DNA of 21,723 bases from Candidatus Rokuibacteriota bacterium (GTDB taxonomy: Bacteria > Methylomirabilota > Methylomirabilia > Rokubacteriales > CSP1-6): the NCBI GenBank assembly GCA_016184305.1, contig JACPCX010000114.1, positions 1 to 21,723 of the forward strand. Direction: 5' to 3'. Position 1 is the stretch's first letter. Each line of letters starts with the position of its first letter. Below are positions 17,635 to 21,723 of this stretch, piece by piece. Position numbers and translations under genes: made by a program. The notes under the pieces are model-generated. The model worked only from the letters and a program-made list of their open reading frames with translations, did no database searches and was not told the origin of the DNA.

Positions 17635-18624
17635 CTATTTCTCCAGGAGCTTCTTGAACTCCTGGGTCAGGAGCGGGGCGATCTCGAACAGGTCGGCCAC
17701 GATGCCGTAGTCGGCGATCTTGAAGATCGGCGCCTCCGGATCCTTGTTGACGGCGCAGATCACCTTGGAGGTCCGCATCCCCGCCAGGTGCTGGATGGCG
17801 CCCGAGATGCCGAACCCCAGGTAGAGCTTGGGCGAGACGGTGCGCCCCGTCTGGCCGATCTGGAAGCGGTGCGGCCGCCAGCCGGCGTCCACAGCCGCGC
17901 GCGAGGCCCCGACGGCGGCGCCGATCACCCTGGCGAGCTCCTCCAGGATGGCGAAGTTCTCGGGCCCCTTCATCCCGCGGCCGCCGGAGACGATGACCTC
18001 CGCCTCCGCCAGCTCCGGCAGCCCCGTGGAGGCCTCCTCGCGGCGCTCCACCAGCTTCATCTGCTCCGCCGGCAGGCTAACCGCCGGCCGCTCCACCGCG
18101 GGCGCAGCGCCGGCCTGCGGGTCCTCGGCGCGGAAGACATTGGGCCGGAGCGTGGCGAGCCACGGCGTCTTCGCCCACGTCACCTTTGCCAGGAGCTTGC
18201 CCGCGTAGATGGGCCGCGTCGCCACGAGCCGGTCCCCATCGAGGACCAGGGCCGTGGAATCGGCCGCCAGTCCTGTCCCGAGACGCGCGCCCAGCCGCGC
18301 CAGCAGCTCGCGCTGACGGGCCGTGACGGCTCCGAGAATGGCCTTCGGCGACTCCTTGGCCGCGAGCTCCGCCACCACCGGGGTCCACACCTCGCCCCGG
18401 TACGGCGCGAAGGCCGCGCTCTCGAGGAGCCACACCCGCTTGGCGCCCCACTCGGCGAGCAGCTTGAGGCCCGCCTCCGTGGCCTTGTCCGTCAGCCACA
18501 CCGCCTCGGCCTGGCCGCCGGCCTGGGCCGCCAGCCGCGCGGCCTCCCCCAGCACCTCCGCGGTCACCTTCTTCGGGTTACCCTGCCTGTCGTCTTCAAC
18601 GATGCACCAGAACGCACCCGCCAT
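17635..18624 (-). CDS. etfA: Electron transfer flavoprotein alpha subunit
   Basis: Start ATG 18624 (MAGAFW) after [50 protein letters not shown]. Confidence 0.95.
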   Translation of the reverse strand: MAGAFWCIVEDDRQGNPKKVTAEVLGEAARLAAQAGGQAEAVWLTDKATEAGLKLLAEWGAKRVWLLESAAFAPYRGEVWTPVVAELAAKESPKAILGAVTARQRELLARLGARLGTGLAADSTALVLDGDRLVATRPIYAGKLLAKVTWAKTPWLATLRPNVFRAEDPQAGAAPAVERPAVSLPAEQMKLVERREEASTGLPELAEAEVIVSGGRGMKGPENFAILEELARVIGAAVGASRAAVDAGWRPHRFQIGQTGRTVSPKLYLGFGISGAIQHLAGMRTSKVICAVNKDPEAPIFKIADYGIVADLFEIAPLLTQEFKKLLEK

Positions 18625-18644
18625 GGTTTCTCGTCTCCTGGTAG

Positions 18645-19424
18645 TTAGATTGCTTTGGCGTCTTCGCGGAGCGCGCGCACGAGCTCCCGGGCCGCTTCGG
18701 CCGGCTCGCCGGGGATGATCCGCCCCGGCGGCCTCGGCGGAAGCATCTCGAGGGCCACCACCGACAAGGCGGGCGGCTCGGCGGCGAGCCCGAGGTCCGC
18801 GGCCTTGACGTCCTTGACCTCCTTCTTCTTCGCACCCATGATGCCCTTCAGCGTCGGGTAGCGCGGCTCGTTGAGCCCCTTCTGCGCCGACACGACGGCG
18901 GGCAACGGCAGGTCGAACACCTCGATCCCGCCCTCCATCTGGCGCCCGACTCGGATCGACGTCCCGCCGGCATCCACGGCCTCCTCCATGATCCACGAGG
19001 CGCAAGGCCAGCCAAGCACCTCGGCCACCTGTGCCCCCACGGAGCCCATGTCGTCGTCGATGGCCTGCCGCCCGCACAGCACCAGCGCCGGCGCCTCCTG
19101 CTTGATCACCGCCGCGAGGGCGCGGGCCGTGGTCAGGGTGTCGCCCCTGTCCCACGCCGGATCCAGGAGATGGATGGCCCGGTCGCAGCCCATCGCCAGG
19201 CACGACCGCAGCGTCTCCTTGACGCGATCGGGTCCCAGGGACACCGCGACCACCTCGCCCTGGCCCCGCTTCTCCTTGATGCGCAGCCCTTCCTCCACGG
19301 CGTACTCGTCGTACGGCGAGACGATCCACGTGATCCCGGCCGTGTCGATGGCCTTGGGATCGGCGCCGATCTTCACCTGCGTCGCCGTGTCCGGCACCTG
19401 TTTCACCATCACCAGTATCTTCAT
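18645..19424 (-). CDS. etfB: Electron transfer flavoprotein beta subunit
   Basis: Start ATG 19424 (MKILVMVKQVPD); PYDEYAVEE, GRQAIDDD, NEPRYPTLKGIM. Confidence 0.95.
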   Translation of the reverse strand: MKILVMVKQVPDTATQVKIGADPKAIDTAGITWIVSPYDEYAVEEGLRIKEKRGQGEVVAVSLGPDRVKETLRSCLAMGCDRAIHLLDPAWDRGDTLTTARALAAVIKQEAPALVLCGRQAIDDDMGSVGAQVAEVLGWPCASWIMEEAVDAGGTSIRVGRQMEGGIEVFDLPLPAVVSAQKGLNEPRYPTLKGIMGAKKKEVKDVKAADLGLAAEPPALSVVALEMLPPRPPGRIIPGEPAEAARELVRALREDAKAI

Positions 19425-19472
19425 GCTTGGCCTTCCCCTCGCTTGAACGTCGTTGACATCGCCTTGCGGTTC

Positions 19473-19674
19473 GGCCTCTTCGCCCCTATGGGCGTCATCT
19501 ATGTCGGCTGAACGTGGATGACTTCGGTTTGGTGGTTCGGCCTCTTCGCGCAAGCGCTCATCGGGGCGTCCGCATCACCGAGGCCTCTTCGCCCCTATGG
19601 GCGTCATCTATCTCGCCTGAACGAGAATGACTTCGGTTTGGTGGTTCGGCCTCTTCGCGCAAGCGCTCATCGGG
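19473..19674. repeat. Two direct copies of a 93-nt structured element (19473-19565 and 19582-19674, period 109 nt)
   Basis: The copies differ at 4 of 93 positions. Each holds two GGCCTCTTCGC-hairpin-TCATC sub-motifs plus a central hairpin. Confidence 0.9.
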
Positions 19675-19682
19675 TCCTGGTG

Positions 19683-20453
19683 TCAGTCCGAGCGGGCCAC
19701 GTGGGCCGCTTCGTGGAGGTGGCCGTGGGGCGCGTGGTCGTAGCGAAGCTGTCGCGTGATGCGGAAGCGGTCACCCGGGATGAACACGCGGTCGTAGACG
19801 ATCGGGGTCCCATCGGCCGCGAGGGAAATCCGGTCGGAGCGGAACGACGGGATGCCCGGCCGGCACCCCAGCGCGCGCGCCGCCCGTCCCTCGAGCGGCA
19901 CTGCAGACACCGTCTCGCGGGCCGTGGCGATCTCGATCCCGAGCTTGAAGGACAGCGCCTGGCGGAGTGGGGTCACCTCGAGGTCGGCCTTGGACAGCTC
20001 CTCCCCGAGGGCGGCGGTGACATACGACGCCTGGAAGCTCATGGGCCGCCCGCCAACCAGGCGGAGCCGCTCCAGCACGAACACGCGCTGGCCCATGCGG
20101 CAGCCCAACTCCTGGGTCGCGCGCCGGTCCGCGGGAGCGAAGGAGCTCCGCAGGAAGCGCGTCACCACATCCTCGCCCTGGGCGCTCAGGTCTCCCGCGA
20201 AGGTCTGGAGCTGGAGGATGTCATAGTCGACGGAGGGGGCGGCGATGAAGGTCCCCAGCCCGTGCCGGCGCGAGATCAGGCCGTCGCGGTCGAGCACATC
20301 GAGAGCCTGTCTGAGGGTCATCAGGGTCACGCCGAACTCAAGGGCCAGCTGCCGCTGGTTGTCGAGCCGGGTCCCTGGAGCGAGCCGACCGCCAAGGATT
20401 CGCTCGCGCAGCGTCTGAGCGATCTGGTGGTAGCGCGGTACCCGGGTCTTCAC
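19683..20453 (-). CDS. GntR-family transcriptional regulator, HutC subfamily (wHTH plus UTRA)
   Basis: PRYHQIAQTLRERI, LALEFGVTLMTLRQAL, RHGLGTF; UTRA-like C-terminus (LERLRLVGGRPM, RSDRIS..DGTPI). Confidence 0.92.
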   Translation of the reverse strand: MKTRVPRYHQIAQTLRERILGGRLAPGTRLDNQRQLALEFGVTLMTLRQALDVLDRDGLISRRHGLGTFIAAPSVDYDILQLQTFAGDLSAQGEDVVTRFLRSSFAPADRRATQELGCRMGQRVFVLERLRLVGGRPMSFQASYVTAALGEELSKADLEVTPLRQALSFKLGIEIATARETVSAVPLEGRAARALGCRPGIPSFRSDRISLAADGTPIVYDRVFIPGDRFRITRQLRYDHAPHGHLHEAAHVARSD

Positions 20454-20476
20454 ATGGGCCCTTTCGTGACTCTGGT

Positions 20477-20486
20477 GTTCTAGAAC
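20477..20486. promoter_or_regulatory. Palindrome, candidate GntR/HutC operator
   Basis: Perfect AT-rich palindrome GTTCTAGAAC, 24 nt upstream of the gntR start in very GC-rich DNA. Confidence 0.4.
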
Positions 20487-20570
20487 TGCTGAGGCCGCTC
20501 GACGCCGTCGCCAGGGTTCAGCACGGGATTACAGCGATCGGACGGGCAGTTGCGGCTACCAGCAGCCCCT

Positions 20571-20600
20571 ATCTTACTGTCGGCCGGCTGTGAGGGTCAA
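20571..20600 (-). promoter_or_regulatory. Candidate sigma70 promoter for the gntR-etf cluster
   Basis: Minus strand TTGACC (20600-20595), 18 nt, TAAGAT (20576-20571). Confidence 0.55.
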
Positions 20601-20670
20601 CCCCCTCTCGGCGACGAGCCGCCAGCATCAGCGGCGCCGCCGGAGGCCCGTCGGGGCGAGAGCGGCCGTC

Positions 20671-21723
20671 TCAGGCCGGGCGCGGGGTACCGAGCCTCCG
20701 GGAAAGATCCCCGAGATCCGCGAGCTTGCGGGCGGCCGCGCCCGAGTCCACCGACTGGCCGGCCAGCGCCACACCGTCCTTGAGATCGTGAGCCTTGCCG
20801 CCGACCACCAGGGCCGCGGCGGCGTTCATCAGGACGATGTCGCGCCGGGGCCCGGCCTCCCCCTGGAGCACCTGGCGGATGATCCGGGCGTTCTCCTCCC
20901 GATCCCCACCCTGCAGATCGCGGACGACCGCGCGCGGCATCCCGAAGTCCTCGGGCGTGACCCGCGAGCTCCGCACCACGCCTTCGTGCACCTCGGAGAT
21001 ATGGCTCTCGCCGGTATTGGAGATCTCATCCAGCCCGTCGGCGCCGTGGACGACGAAAGCGCGGATCGTGCCCAGCTCGGCCAGCACCCGGGCCAGCGGC
21101 TCCGTGAGGGAATCGGCGTAGACGCCGATGACCTGGGCATTGGCCCCGGCGGGGTTGGTGAGGGGCCCGAGCATGTTGAACACGGTCCGGATGCCCAGCT
21201 CCCGGCGCGCCGCCATCACGTGCTTCATGGCCGTGTGCAGGAGCGGCGCGTAGAGGAAGCCGATGCCCACCTCGTCCAGGCAGCGGGCCACCTGCGTTGG
21301 GGTGAGCTCGATGTTGATGCCGAGCGTCTCGACCACGTCGGCCGAGCCGCAGAGGGAGGAGACGGAGCGGTTGCCGTGCTTAGCCACCTTGAGCCCGGCC
21401 CCCGCCACCACGAAGGCCGTGGCGGTCGAGACGTTGAAGGTGCCGGAGGCGTCCCCGCCCGTGCCGCAGGTATCGATGAGCATCTCGCGGTCGGTGCCGG
21501 TGGCGGCCACCACGTCGCTTGCGTGGGCGCGCACCTTCACGGCCTTCTGCCGCATGACCTGGGCGAACCCGATCAGCTCTTCCACCGTCTCGCCCTTCAT
21601 GCGGAGCGCCGTGAGGAAGGCGGCGATCTGGGCGTTGGTGGCGGCGCCGGACATGATGGCGTCCATGGCGGCCGCGGCCTCGATGCGGGTCAGATCGCGC
21701 CGGTCGATGAGGGCGCGCACCGC
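20671..21723 (-). CDS. trpD: Anthranilate phosphoribosyltransferase; 5' end probably beyond the window edge
   Basis: LRMKGET, DTCGTGGD, FNVST, KHGNRSVSS..GSAD, RTVFNMLGPLTNP, GLDEIS. Confidence 0.96.
   Translation of the reverse strand, partial: AVRALIDRRDLTRIEAAAAMDAIMSGAATNAQIAAFLTALRMKGETVEELIGFAQVMRQKAVKVRAHASDVVAATGTDREMLIDTCGTGGDASGTFNVSTATAFVVAGAGLKVAKHGNRSVSSLCGSADVVETLGINIELTPTQVARCLDEVGIGFLYAPLLHTAMKHVMAARRELGIRTVFNMLGPLTNPAGANAQVIGVYADSLTEPLARVLAELGTIRAFVVHGADGLDEISNTGESHISEVHEGVVRSSRVTPEDFGMPRAVVRDLQGGDREENARIIRQVLQGEAGPRRDIVLMNAAAALVVGGKAHDLKDGVALAGQSVDSGAAARKLADLGDLSRRLGTPRPA

Noticed and set aside
18625..19553. N-terminal extensions of etfA (to 19329) and etfB (to 19553) in the ORF track
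   Set aside because: They overlap etfB or the repeat; RBS and family motifs place the starts at 18624 and 19424.
19473..19674. CRISPR array
   Set aside because: Only two long units; the sequences between sub-motifs are themselves repeated rather than unique spacers; no cas genes.
19473..19674. Hammerhead ribozyme (minus strand xxGAUGA-stem-GAAG resembles CUGAUGA-stem II-GAAA)
   Set aside because: The core reads CCGAUGA or UAGAUGA and GAAG, and I could not build stem III with the nearby GUC. A co-transcriptional cleavage assay would settle it.

Overview
High-GC bacterial chromosomal window; the gene style suggests a Rokubacteria/Methylomirabilota-like soil lineage, which is inference only. 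Left end: a partial gamma-carbonic-anhydrase-family gene, a family III CoA-transferase, a divergently transcribed crotonase-family gene and a DinB-family gene. Next is an accessory zone (about 3.1-10.3 kb) holding two gene relics, a vapBC toxin-antitoxin pair with a clear promoter and operator, and a tightly coupled five-gene minus-strand operon. That operon encodes an 815-aa helical protein ending in a clamp-binding-like QRDLF motif, a minimal J-domain protein with HPD changed to PPD, a long GrpE, a divergent Hsp70 with a remodelled substrate pocket (Trp at the DnaK V436 position), and a Zn-ribbon/helical protein. It is the best candidate for an undescribed system here. The right half is a minus-strand acyl-CoA cluster: GntR/HutC regulator, a structured 93-nt tandem repeat, etfB, etfA, an acyl-CoA dehydrogenase, a B12 mutase large subunit with isobutyryl-CoA-mutase signature residues, ilvE, a HIT protein, the B12-binding small subunit, a second acyl-CoA dehydrogenase, a crotonase-family gene and a small alpha/beta-barrel gene. 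trpD runs off the right edge. No rRNA, tRNA, CRISPR array, integrase or transposase was seen.
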